Below, piece by piece: positions 21,255 through 31,221 of a stretch of DNA of 64,000 nucleotides (position 1 is its first letter; each line of letters begins with the position of its first letter). The position numbers were made by a program, and so were the translations under genes. The DNA comes from Nitrosopumilus sp. GTDB taxonomy: Archaea > Thermoproteota > Nitrososphaeria > Nitrososphaerales > Nitrosopumilaceae. Where the stretch lies: the NCBI GenBank assembly GCA_965214775.1, contig OZ243974.1:768001-832000 (forward strand), written 5' to 3'. Below the pieces are notes generated by a model. The model was not told the origin of the DNA and did no database searches. It worked only from the letters and a program-made list of their open reading frames with translations.

Positions 21255-21520
21255 CGTTGCTATACCCGCCCACAAGGTTTAATTGATGAGATATCCTATA
21301 ATTGTTAGGTGACAGCCAAGTGCGCTAGCCATACTATGCTAGCCTTTTTTTTAATTTTGGAAAAGACATGCCGGAACGTTTGGGCTGTATGACTGCCTTT
21401 CTAAAAACCTCAGACCGACGGGCGGTCGCAGTCTTGCTGCTGTCGCTCTTCCGAACTGCACCCAAGAACCGTGGGCTGCATTACCGGAAGACGCAACGAC
21501 CAGAAAACAAAGAAAGGATT

Positions 21521-23024
21521 CAGTAGTTCCTAGGTGTACTTTTGCAGACTGCCTCCTGACACGGCACCACTGCCGCCGCTACTACTACTACTTTCCGCGA
21601 TCGTTTACAAACGAGTCAGCTGCATCTGTAATGCACGCGGCAAACAACATCATGGTAAAATCCTTGCCTCCCGCAAATCCGTCCCACTTGGATTCCACAT
21701 CAATGAATATGGCAGTCCTCCAGAGATTGTACAGTATGAGGGGCATGTAGAATAACAACATCCTGACGACCGGCGAATTACTGCATGTCTTGCCCATTAC
21801 TCCCTTGATCACCCTGAACCCGGTCTCGATTCCCCACCGCATGCGGTACTCTTCTGGTATCTGAGCTATGACGTCCTCTACGCTTTTGGCAGGCATGTTG
21901 GTGGCAAAGACCAGGTATTCGTCTGCCGTTTCTTTTTTCTTTTCCTTCTTTTTTTCTGTGCATTCCTCTTTTGCTGTGTCATTGTTTTCATTTTCATTTT
22001 CGTCTTCCTCCTCCTTTTTTACAATGACCAGCCTGAACGTGACGTTTTTGCCCTCCTTGTTAGTCATGGTATAGTCAGATATCGCGTCGCGCTTTTTATG
22101 GTGGTGCTCCTCTATTGCCGCCTTTATCCTCTTGTTCTTGGCGGCAGGCATGACGTAGAAGCCCTGGCTTTTGCCTGCAGCCACCATGCAGTTGACATTA
22201 AAGAATCCCCGGTCATACAGGAACATCCTGATCTTCGTCCCTGATCTGGACGCTTTGCGGATCATTTTAGGCACGAAATCGGCCAGTTTTGCATCTTTTG
22301 GAAGCTGCAGCGAGGAAAGCACGAGGTCTGAGCCGTCATCTGATCCTACTCCGTGCACGGTAATGTGCGAGAGAAAAGTAGACGTGCCGTTCTTGGGCTT
22401 TGACTTTCTGGCGACGTCCTTTAGGCCCTTGCCATAGTATTCGACGTCGGTGACATCCACTGCCACTACGTCCGTGTTGTGTAACATGCCGGACCTGCGG
22501 CCGTTTCTTACCGTGTGCTGTAGCATGGAGTTGCACCACCTTTGCATCCGATCCGGGCTGACGCTCCGGATGGTCTTTAAGATCCACTCCGGGTGGGGCG
22601 TACGGGAGCTGTATGCGCCGCCCTTCTTGGAGAAGGTAGCAGCAGCAGCAGTAGTAGTAGTAGCAGTCCCGCCGTCATGCTGCTGCTGCCTGCGGTATTT
22701 TGAGGCCTTCCTGCGAAGATGCGTCACGGCAGACCTGAAAAACATCTTCCTATCAGACATGAGGCTTAGCACGCGCAGTACGTCGGCATGGCCGTACACC
22801 GCGTTGTGACTCTTTGAGACTGCCATTTCGAGCTTGTGGAACCGCCGTCGCAATGTTTTAAACTGTCGTGATGCTATGTCATACTGGTGTGCAAACACAT
22901 CGTTTTGTGTTGGTATCATCATGATGATGTTTGACACACCTTCTGATCTAAGATCGTAATGGTCAAAAAATCTCGGCAAATTACGTAATTATCGTGCCTT
23001 CAAAAGTACATCTGGGAACTACTG
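21521..23024 (-). mobile_element. ISH3/IS4-like element with 4-bp target duplication GATT
   Basis: TIR CAGTAGTTCCTAGGTGTACTTTTG / CAAAAGTACATCTGGGAACTACTG; GATT on both flanks. Confidence 0.88.
21588..22979 (-). CDS. ISH3/IS4-family DDE transposase
   Basis: VAVDVT, LYDRGF and YRMRWGIETGFR (YREK) motifs. Confidence 0.9.
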   Translation of the reverse strand: MPRFFDHYDLRSEGVSNIIMMIPTQNDVFAHQYDIASRQFKTLRRRFHKLEMAVSKSHNAVYGHADVLRVLSLMSDRKMFFRSAVTHLRRKASKYRRQQQHDGGTATTTTAAAATFSKKGGAYSSRTPHPEWILKTIRSVSPDRMQRWCNSMLQHTVRNGRRSGMLHNTDVVAVDVTDVEYYGKGLKDVARKSKPKNGTSTFLSHITVHGVGSDDGSDLVLSSLQLPKDAKLADFVPKMIRKASRSGTKIRMFLYDRGFFNVNCMVAAGKSQGFYVMPAAKNKRIKAAIEEHHHKKRDAISDYTMTNKEGKNVTFRLVIVKKEEEDENENENNDTAKEECTEKKKEKKKETADEYLVFATNMPAKSVEDVIAQIPEEYRMRWGIETGFRVIKGVMGKTCSNSPVVRMLLFYMPLILYNLWRTAIFIDVESKWDGFAGGKDFTMMLFAACITDAADSFVNDRGK

Positions 23025-23041
23025 GATTCAAGGGAACTCAG

Positions 23042-23178
23042 AGAGATGATCCGAAATTAGAGACCGTACGAATTTTTCAAGTAATTTCACAGATAACTTG
23101 TATTTTGTTGGTGTTTTGAACTGTTTTATGCAAATTCGTTCACAAATAATCAGAGTTTGCTAATTTCGAATCAACTCT
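23042..23178. mobile_element. MITE family B (TIR ~AGAGTTGATCCGAAATTAG)
   Basis: Inverted ends; related copies at 39281-39421 and 56003-56164. Confidence 0.7.
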
Positions 23179-23182
23179 CTGC

Positions 23183-23670
23183 GTGAATCCTGATACGCCG
23201 GGAAAGATCCTGCTTGCAGACGGCGCATACGGCTCAAGGAAGAACGTAGCCGAGTGCCACAAGCGCGGCATAAAACCACTCATACGGCTTTTGACAAGCT
23301 GTACTGCAAAGGGCAAGGGCACCGGCGACAAGTGGGGCCGGCTGGTGCGATGGCAGCTTGGGGGCGGCCCGAGGTGCCGGTGGGTGATCTCTCAAAGGAG
23401 GAAAGACAGGAGAACCTGCGGTACTCGAAGAGCACGGTCGGCTTTGGCAGCAGATGGATAGTCGAGATCGTGATATCGTCCATAAAGCGCATGTTCGGCG
23501 AGGGTGTAATGGCCCTCAAGTGGTCCAATGTGGTGCAGGAGGTAAAGCTGAGGATATGGCTGTACAACAAGTGGATCGCAGAGGCGGTGGCGGCTGCCGT
23601 GTAGGAACCGGGCGCCGGTAGTGATCCGGGCGGACTGACTTGGCTCTAGTCGGAGTTATCCAACAAACTA
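23183..23670 (+). pseudogene. IS5-family transposase 3' fragment (frameshifted) and right end
   Basis: ADGAY in one frame, SRWIVEIVISSIKRMFGE in another; same end sequence recurs inverted at 63803-64000. Confidence 0.8.
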
Positions 23671-25196
23671 TGTTGCAAGAAATGTTTTTTTACGTGAACG
23701 AGTGCACTTGTACTGTGAGGCCTCGATACTGGAAAGAAAGACGATCCCCACATCCCGTAAAAATCGACTTGGGAATGGATATTAAAAATTTTGGTCCAGT
23801 CACAAGGGGCACCCTGAACATAAGGCCCCTAACCATCTTTATCGGTCCCAACAATTCAGGCAAGTCGTATGTCGCGATGCTAATACACTCGATTCTGTCA
23901 TCTGCGAACAAAATCAACGAATTCGGATCGTACGGGCTTCCAAACCAAGACCTGATGGACATATACAGTATGAGTGATGAAAAGCTGAAAGACATTGTGG
24001 ATAAAAACAAAGACAAACAGAGGTTTGCCATTCCAGCAGAACTTGTCAAAGAAGTCCGCTCTCACATCATCCAAAGTGTTTTTAGCAATGTGCTAGAGTC
24101 CTCAATCAGTCGTAATTTTGGCTCCACGACACGCGATCTTGTCAGGTCCGGACAAAGGAGTGCAAAGGTTACCGTGCATGACTCCATCAATCTCGATATA
24201 AAGATTGGCAAGAAGTTAAGCGTAATGGAACGCGTTAACGCTGCCCAAAAAGAATACGAGGTCAGCATCTCCCCAAAGGGACCCAAATATCAAGTGCAAG
24301 AGAAGTCAGATGCTAATTCTTCTATAGTCTTTCTGAGCAAGTCTGCGGGAGTTGATTTTTTCAAGTATAATTTGGCCTCTTGGCTAGTCTCTTCAATCTC
24401 TCGTGACATCACACACGACAACATTCCTAGCGACTCGTTTTATTTTCCGGCAGCAAGATCCGGAATACTACAAGGCCACAAGGCGCTTTCTGCAAGCATC
24501 ATCAAAAGTGCCCCGTTTGGCGGCATTGAGCCGTTGCACATTCCCAAGCTGACGGGGGTGGTGTCGGATTTTATATCCGAGATTATCCTTATTCCTCGCA
24601 AACAGGGACCTTTATTCAAGCTTGCCAGACAGCTAGAGGAGGATCTTCTTCACGGACACATCAAACTGTCTTCATTTAAAAAGGAGACCTTTCCCGAAAT
24701 CGTTTACAGTTCAGAACAGGGCGACATCCCATTACACAGAACATCGTCAACGATCTCCGAGATTGCCCCGTTTACTTTGTATTTAAAACACATAGTGTAC
24801 ACCGGCGACATGTTGGTTATTGAAGAGCCCGAAGCACATCTGCACCCCAAAAACCAGCTAATCTTTGCAGAATATATCGTAAAGATGATCCGACAGGGAC
24901 TTAACGTGCTAGTTACCACCCACAGCGTATTCTTGCTAGAACAACTGAACCAGTCAATGCTTGCCAGCAGACTTCCACCCGAGCTAAGAAAAAAACAAGG
25001 ATTTGGCGGGGATGATGGCTATCTGCTGCCAGAGGAAATAGCTCCATACGTCTTTAAGGACGACGGCGACGGCCACCGCATTGTTCCCATTGAGACAGAC
25101 GACGAGGAGGGCATATCCCAGGAAGAATTCGTAGAGATAAACGAGTACCTCTACTCGAAATCAGTCAAACTTTCACAGAATCTGTCGGAGAACTAG
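23640..25196 (+). CDS. ABC-type AAA_15/AAA_21 ATPase (true start likely ~23769-23775)
   Basis: IKNFGP, IGPNNSGKS Walker A, FPAARSG, SSTISE signature, IEEPEAHLHP Walker B, TTHS. Confidence 0.88.
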   Translation: MALVGVIQQTMLQEMFFYVNECTCTVRPRYWKERRSPHPVKIDLGMDIKNFGPVTRGTLNIRPLTIFIGPNNSGKSYVAMLIHSILSSANKINEFGSYGLPNQDLMDIYSMSDEKLKDIVDKNKDKQRFAIPAELVKEVRSHIIQSVFSNVLESSISRNFGSTTRDLVRSGQRSAKVTVHDSINLDIKIGKKLSVMERVNAAQKEYEVSISPKGPKYQVQEKSDANSSIVFLSKSAGVDFFKYNLASWLVSSISRDITHDNIPSDSFYFPAARSGILQGHKALSASIIKSAPFGGIEPLHIPKLTGVVSDFISEIILIPRKQGPLFKLARQLEEDLLHGHIKLSSFKKETFPEIVYSSEQGDIPLHRTSSTISEIAPFTLYLKHIVYTGDMLVIEEPEAHLHPKNQLIFAEYIVKMIRQGLNVLVTTHSVFLLEQLNQSMLASRLPPELRKKQGFGGDDGYLLPEEIAPYVFKDDGDGHRIVPIETDDEEGISQEEFVEINEYLYSKSVKLSQNLSEN

Positions 25197-25290
25197 GATG
25201 TCCCTGCAAAAAATCAAAAACATGTACTCTTGGGCAGAAATTTCCCGCTGTAATGAGCGCTGCAACATCCGCATAGATACGGGGAGGAAT

Positions 25291-26879
25291 AGACCTTATG
25301 CGTAATCGACTGGATCGAAATATTACGTTTGCAAGCTGACCATGCATGCAGAACCGGCAGCGTCATACGGCATGTGCAAAGGCGGCAGAGGACACCGCAC
25401 CGCATGTCATGAGCCCGTCTAGCTGACAAAAACTGTAGTATCGTGCGGCATCGTGTGGCGCCGCAATGCGCTCCGCGTCGTAATATCAGAACCCAAGCCT
25501 GAGCTTCTTGTCCCGCTTGTCCCACAGCGTCCTAAAGTTGGCAAGCCCGGCTGTCACCTGGAACTCCCGGTCAAACTCCTCGGCCGTCCCGTCGTACGGG
25601 TCGCGCATCCGCTTGTACTGTTTTACCAGCCATATGGCATGCTCGACTGTCACCCTCTCGCTACTTGTCCTCCTGTTCTGTGCGCGCTGTTTCTTTGTAA
25701 GATTGTCCCCCTTTGGTTTCTTGTGGGGCTGCATGGATATGACCCCTGGGTACATTTTTTTGATTCCAAGGTACCCAAGATCCGATAACAGTTTTACCTT
25801 CTCGTCATCGGGATGCTTCCTGTTGCTGCGCATCCTGGCAGTCAGGATTCCCAGCTCCGGGGGGTTGTCCCTTATCATGGTGAGGTCGTGCGCGCTTCCC
25901 GGAGCCGACTTGCTTGCGTATATTATCAGCCTGTCCTTGTTGGTCATTACCTGGACGTTGCGCGTAAAGCTCTTCTTCTTGCCAGAGTACGCCTCCTTTC
26001 TTGGCTCCCTGTCTGTGGGGCGCTGTATGTCTATGTGCGTGCCGTCGACGGCTACGGTCAGGTCGGGGACGATCTTCATCAGATCCTCTATGGTGCATGT
26101 GTTTCGTATCTTCTGCGATATTTTATACGGCGTGGGCAGTATCTCAAGGAATATGATGTCAGAAAACTTGATGTACCTGCATACGGTGCTCTGGTCTATG
26201 CCAAAGAATGCCGCCAGCTGCTCCTGGATGAGGTTTCCGCGCTTGCGCATCAGGGCCAGCAGGAAGGCGTGTCTGTAGGACAGCTTGCACCGGTTTCCGG
26301 GCCCGTCGTCCTCGTCCTCAGAAAACAGGGGGCATTCTGTATGCTTTTTGGCCTTCTCCATATACAGGTTTAATATATATTCAAACTGACGCAGGTTCAG
26401 GGACGTGGTGGCCTGCAGGGATCGGCCGCCGATTATGTCCTCGAGCACCTCGAGCCTGTGCATGAACGCGACGTTCTCTGTGGTACGCCTTTTGTCATTC
26501 CATGTTACAGGCCAGAACCCGCGCTCAAAGTCCAGCCTCTGGTTTAACTGCCCTATCTTGTCCTGGGCCTGCTCGTACATTTGCCTGTACTGTGCATTCT
26601 CCCTCCCTTGCTGCTTGGCCTCCCTCTTGTACTGCATCTTCTCCTGCTCGTACATTTGCCTGTACTGCTCATTCTCTTTGCTCAGTTGCCGTATAAGCAC
26701 GGTCTCGGATTTTGCCATCACTCCTGTTCGAGGATGGATCCCGGATCTAAATCAACCGACTGAAAATAGTCGCAGTTTTGATCAAATATTTTGGACAATG
26801 CGAGGCGCTGCCTGCCAGCCTGATGCATGATCAGCTTGCAAACAGGATATTTCGATCCGGGCGATTACGCATAAAGTCT
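25291..26879 (-). mobile_element. IS5-family ISL2-like element with long imperfect TIRs and AAT duplication
   Basis: AGACCTTATGCGTAATCG.. / ..CGATTACGCATAAAGTCT; AAT at 25288-25290 and 26880-26882. Confidence 0.88.
25486..26721 (-). CDS. DDE_Tnp_4 (ISL2/HARBI-like) transposase with coiled-coil N-terminus
   Basis: AVDGTH..QRP, YSGKKK, GSAHD, SDLGY, RVTVEHAI..VKQY. Confidence 0.9.
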   Translation of the reverse strand: MMAKSETVLIRQLSKENEQYRQMYEQEKMQYKREAKQQGRENAQYRQMYEQAQDKIGQLNQRLDFERGFWPVTWNDKRRTTENVAFMHRLEVLEDIIGGRSLQATTSLNLRQFEYILNLYMEKAKKHTECPLFSEDEDDGPGNRCKLSYRHAFLLALMRKRGNLIQEQLAAFFGIDQSTVCRYIKFSDIIFLEILPTPYKISQKIRNTCTIEDLMKIVPDLTVAVDGTHIDIQRPTDREPRKEAYSGKKKSFTRNVQVMTNKDRLIIYASKSAPGSAHDLTMIRDNPPELGILTARMRSNRKHPDDEKVKLLSDLGYLGIKKMYPGVISMQPHKKPKGDNLTKKQRAQNRRTSSERVTVEHAIWLVKQYKRMRDPYDGTAEEFDREFQVTAGLANFRTLWDKRDKKLRLGF

Positions 26880-27457
26880 AATTTTGTCATGTTAAAGGGG
26901 GAGCTGCTGGTGCGGCACCTGCCGGAAAAAACATGCGATTGTATAATCTTTCAAAATGATAAAAAGATTGCAATTGTTGAGTTAAAGAGCGCATCGCTTG
27001 ATGCCAAGAAAATCATCGAGAAGTTTTCCAACAGCGCAAGAAAATCAATCGACATAGCAGTCAATGCCTTCTGCGCATCCAAAAAAGATGATTTTACGCC
27101 ATATCTTATTTTACTGGCAAAAAAATATGCCAACTACTTTGCACATGACAAACTCCAAAGATCCAAAATCCCAATCAACGGAAAAAACCATCGCATAATT
27201 CTTGGCAGGTGCGGATGCTCTTTGAGCAGCTACATCAGTTCACAGAAACGTCACAGAAAATAAACGCAAGACTTTGTATTTGTCAAAAGTGGTGTAAAAG
27301 ATGCCTGATTTTTTGATCTGCGCCGATTACGTATAAAGTCTATGGAGAATCACCAAACAGGGATTGTCCACGGTCAGGGTCACATGTTTTTTGGCACTAG
27401 TGCCTTTTCCTTTGGGATGCCTGCAGGCAAACTACTTTGGAGTCCGGTCACACATGG

Positions 27458-27712
27458 GAGGTTGTCGCCTAATTCCACTTGTCTGACTGTAACAGGATAG
27501 CCCCTGCCTAGGCAGCAATCAGGCATGAATCTGCCTGCAGTTGTGATTTTCATGCCTGGCCGGCAAGGGATGCAACTCCAACTCTAGGCAGGGGCTAACC
27601 TGTTACGTCTGACTCAATCTGCACGTTTTCTGAGTTTCCGTCCTTTTGCACGCCTGATCCATATGGCATCTCAATGGTTTTCAAAAATTCGGGTGAATTA
27701 GGTAACAACCTC
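27458..27712. mobile_element. MITE family C (TIR GAGGTTGTCGCCTAATT) carrying a nested MITE
   Basis: Flanks CACACATGG / CATACATGG (9 bp, 1 mismatch); empty copies at 32391 and 39474. Confidence 0.8.
27489..27606. mobile_element. IS66-type MITE with 8-bp duplication GTCTGACT
   Basis: TIR GTAACAGGATAGCCCCTGCCTA / TAGGCAGGGGCTAACCTGTTAC; duplication at 27481-27488 and 27607-27614. Confidence 0.88.
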
Positions 27713-27777
27713 CATACATGGTGCCTTCAACCCACGCTCAGATTGAATCACGCAAAACCTCAAACTAATTATACCGA

Positions 27778-27975
27778 TTGGGCGATCGGAGTACAATGAC
27801 TGGTAGATCTACACAGTCCGTGAAAAAATTCAAGCCCGCCAGCCAATGGATTGCGCTTGAAGGGGACAGGATCATTGCCAAAGGGGTAGATCTGGCAGAA
27901 GTGTACGTCAATGCAATGACTCGGGCAAAATCAAGGCCCCAATTCAAAAGAATTGCCAACGATGCTAGGTCATAG
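27778..27975 (+). CDS. DUF5678-like small protein (possibly degenerate)
   Basis: QWIALEGDRIIAKGVDLAEV pattern; similar to 42303-42632. Confidence 0.55.
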   Translation: MGDRSTMTGRSTQSVKKFKPASQWIALEGDRIIAKGVDLAEVYVNAMTRAKSRPQFKRIANDARS

Positions 27976-28307
27976 CAGATACCACCTTGAATCCCACCCA
28001 CATAGTAGACTTTGCGTAATTGGCCCATCTGATCTAAAAATATCACATAACAGATCATGGTTTGCATACCGGCGTTGCCCAGAATCATGATTCTAGGGCG
28101 TGATTTCCTAGGAGATTTGTGCAAAATCATGGCGCAATGACTGCAAACACAGAGACGAATCCGCACTCCGGCCCGCATTGTATGGCAACAAGCACAAGTC
28201 TTTGAGTCAAAACAGGATTCATTCCAAAGGCATAATGATCATACAACCGTAATGCGCACAGTTGAAATCCGAACACTTTCTATCAAAATAGGCACGATAT
28301 GCCAAAA

Positions 28308-28791
28308 TTACGGTCCGTTTTTTTTTTTGATGTGCGCACTATGATACTCCCTTGTGTCCGGGCCTGCGGCCCGGCTTTGCCTTTGCAGATGCCGGTACGT
28401 TGCCTGATGCCTTTGCAGCAGCAGTCTTTTTCTGCCTGGTCGGAATCGAGTTCTGCGAGACGGGGTGTGCGGGTTTTCGTAGTATTTGATGTGCTGTTTG
28501 AGCTGCTGGTTTTCTGCTGTCAGCATCGTCTTTTCTGCCGTGACCTCGGCCAGCTGTTCGATAAGCCCGACTATTGTCAGATCCTTGCCTGCGATGGTTC
28601 TGTCCTTGTCTGCGATGGTTCTGTCCTTCCTGCCTAATTCGGCTATGGTGCGGGCCAGCTCGTCGCGCAGTATCTTGGTCTCTGAATCAGGCATGAATAC
28701 AGGTGTGGTCTAGACGCATATTGATCCAGATGGTAATCAAAAATTGTCCTGGTGTTCAATCTAAATTATGCGGAGGAGTGGTAAACTCTTA
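28308..28791 (-). pseudogene. IS66-like transposase 5' fragment with left end
   Basis: Coiled coil with KDRTIA repeats then YENPHTPS; terminus GTAAGAGTTTACCACTCC on minus strand at 28791. Confidence 0.65.
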
Positions 28792-29486
28792 CCGTGCAAA
28801 AGAGCTCCGGGAGACCCGCATCGCCGCCGCCCTCCAACGACGAGATCCAGACTGTGCTTCGCCTGTACGCCGAGCAGGACATCGGCGTGGTGCGCACGGC
28901 CAGGCGTGCAAGGGAGGAACTGGATATAAGCTATAGCAACGAGCAGAAATAATTGAGGTTTTTTACGTGTAGTTATGACCTACTTTGACTCAAAGACTTC
29001 TGCCCGTTGCTATACGACTCTGTATACAGGATAATGAGGGAGAACAATCTGGTATCAAAGTCTGCTGCAAGATCCGCGCAGCGCAAGTGGCTGCGCTATG
29101 AGCGCAAGTACTATAACGCAATGTGGCACGTGGACTGGCACGATATAAAGGATCCACGCCTGAGAGGGCTCAAATTAGTCACGTTTTTGGACGATTCCTC
29201 CCGGTGTATCACGGCAGCACGGACGTTTGCCGAGGCCACATCCGAGAACGTGGTGATAACACTCAGGGAGGCCATAGGCAGGTTTGGCACGCCGGCTACC
29301 ATACTGTCTGACAACGGCAGGCGCTTCAACGGCGGCCGCAGCAAGAAGAACATACCCAAGGGGGCATGGAGGCCGACTGCATTTGAGGCCGAGCTGCTGG
29401 ATCGGGGCATCGGGCTGATAAACTCAGGATCGTACCATCCGGAGACCAACGGCAAGCTGGAACGTTCCACGGTTCTCAGGCGATGA
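28792..29486 (+). pseudogene. Degenerate IS481 transposase interrupted by a MITE
   Basis: Nearly identical to 42930-43530; WHVDWHD, DDSSR, SDNG, ETNGKLER. Confidence 0.85.
28934..29012. mobile_element. 79-bp IS630-type MITE with TA duplication (family D)
   Basis: TAGCAACG..CGTTGCTA; empty site agcTAcgac seen in the intact IS481 at ~43066; twin at 43820-43898. Confidence 0.9.
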
Positions 29487-29745
29487 GACCCCCTCAAATT
29501 TGGGTTTCATCAAGATATTCGTTGTGTGGTTGGATGCGTCGGCTTAAAATTGTTTTGGATTACACGGAGTTTGATCCGAAAAACTAGGAAATTACGGGGG
29601 TACGGCAAAAATGAGTGATCAAAGTGTGCGAACAAAGACGCTCCTATTCTAGCGGGGTTCTCATCACAAGGTGTGCCAATAAGACCTAGCTTTTGACTAC
29701 CCCCACGAGTCTGTCCTTGGACTGCACTGCCGGCCCAGGATCCTC

Positions 29746-30315
29746 ATGATCATGTCCACACACCGTATCCTCCCCGGCACCTGTTCGACTGCTGCTCTTG
29801 GAGTAAACTTTTACACCGACGATGACAAAAAGGACAATAAGAGTGGTGATAAAAAGAAGGGCATGACGGCAAAGTCGCATCCTGACAGCAGACATGGAGG
29901 TGAGATCCCGGCCTCGGAATTTTCCAAGGGACTGCCGTTGGTGGATGATCTCGTCAGGAAAGGCCTCGATGGCAGCTATGACTATGTGACAGGGTCGGTC
30001 TTTGATGTCAAGAACCCAGAGCATTGTAGAAAGTTCTACGATACGCATGGAATTGACGGCAAGCCGGCGGCGATAATTGGCCGTACCAACCATCACGGGC
30101 CATTCGATCAGTCATCAAGGCATGCGTTTAGAAAGGTCGTCAGTGAGGGATACACGCCGTCAATCGGAACATGGACAAACAGGCGCAAGAGGGTGTTCAA
30201 CGACGTAAGCATGATAGTGAGTGCAGACAAGGACGAATTGTTAAGACTTAAAAAGAAGCATGACCAATTAATAATCTTAGTGGTGTACGAAAATGGAGAA
30301 CCAGACTTTATCTAA
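29746..30315 (+). CDS. Hypothetical protein with phage SAM-lyase-like motif spacing (start may be ~29863)
   Basis: IGTW..FNDVS..ELLRLKKKHDQLIILVV..G. Confidence 0.55.
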   Translation: MIMSTHRILPGTCSTAALGVNFYTDDDKKDNKSGDKKKGMTAKSHPDSRHGGEIPASEFSKGLPLVDDLVRKGLDGSYDYVTGSVFDVKNPEHCRKFYDTHGIDGKPAAIIGRTNHHGPFDQSSRHAFRKVVSEGYTPSIGTWTNRRKRVFNDVSMIVSADKDELLRLKKKHDQLIILVVYENGEPDFI

Positions 30316-30508
30316 ACTGTTCAAGAATCCTGCACATAAGAGGGGCTGGAGCAACGAATACGCCACTGCAGGAAAACTGGCCATATACTATGATCGCGGT
30401 CTCTTCGAGCTTGACGAGCTTGAGCCCGAAGCTGTTGAACCCGTAAGGCAGGCCATCAAGGAATGGGACGCAAAAGTCGACGCGCACTATGCAGAACATG
30501 GCGACTGA
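30293..30508 (+). CDS. Small acidic hypothetical protein overlapping upstream gene
   Basis: 71 aa, 23-nt overlap, D/E-rich C-half. Confidence 0.6.
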   Translation: MENQTLSKLFKNPAHKRGWSNEYATAGKLAIYYDRGLFELDELEPEAVEPVRQAIKEWDAKVDAHYAEHGD

Positions 30509-30626
30509 GACGGGTCTTGCCGGGGTTGTCGCCCAAGTACAATATGAGATCCTCAACTTTCCAGGCGGAAAACACTCGTCCAAACTTCCTGTTCGCGCAT
30601 GATTTAGGTACTGCGCAGCAATGCAT

Positions 30627-30719
30627 GCATATGGTCACCTTCTCCTGCCGTCTAGGCATGAAAAATCACAGCTGCGGACAAACTTGCATGTAGCTGTTTG
30701 ATGGGAGGTGGCCTCGTAC
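30627..30719. mobile_element. Diverged family A MITE (93 bp)
   Basis: GCATATGGTCACC..GGTGGCCTCGTAC; same length as 18954 and 51140 copies. Confidence 0.65.
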
Positions 30720-31221
30720 GTCTCAAGATTTGTTCTTTACTGAACATCATTAAAATAATTTACATTAATCATGGATTTTTTATCTTCTAATGCGGAATCA
30801 TATTTCCACGGTTTGTTAGCATGGTAAAAAGAAGTCGCAAAATTTTTTATGTCTTTAATATTACGAATGATCATAGCATGGCGAATTAATTTGCAAGTGT
30901 ATTTTTGTAAGATGGCTCGTTTCTTTGCAAGTTTATGAAGATTTGTCGTGTGGTGGCTGTAAAATACGAAAAACCGATATCAAGCACAGGCACATCAATA
31001 AAAAATCCGTCAGGAAGATTATCACGGTGGATTTTTTCTAATTTTTCTTTAATTTTTTTTTTGCAATAAGTTTTCTATGGCATAACGGAAAATCCAATAA
31101 CAGCATTAGACCTTATGCGTAATCTATTCAGATCTAGGATTATTATAGCAATGATCAGAAGTCTTTGAGCCAAAACGGGATCATTCGAAAAGTATAATGA
31201 TCACATAACTGGCGCAATGGC

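Larger units (their letters stand above)
25198..27263 (+). pseudogene. PD-(D/E)XK nuclease-like partner gene (157 aa) split by an IS
   Basis: 25198-25290 joined to 26883-27263 is one open frame: MSLQKIK..DTGRN|FVMLKGE..CDCIIF..IVELKS. Confidence 0.8.

Noticed and set aside
25508-26373. Long antisense ORFs over transposases, amt, atp and slaA
   Set aside because: Shadow frames of well-supported genes with no recognisable motifs
26778-26879. N-terminus of the 161-aa ORF at 26778
   Set aside because: Derived from the IS terminal repeat; the real N-terminus is at 25198-25290
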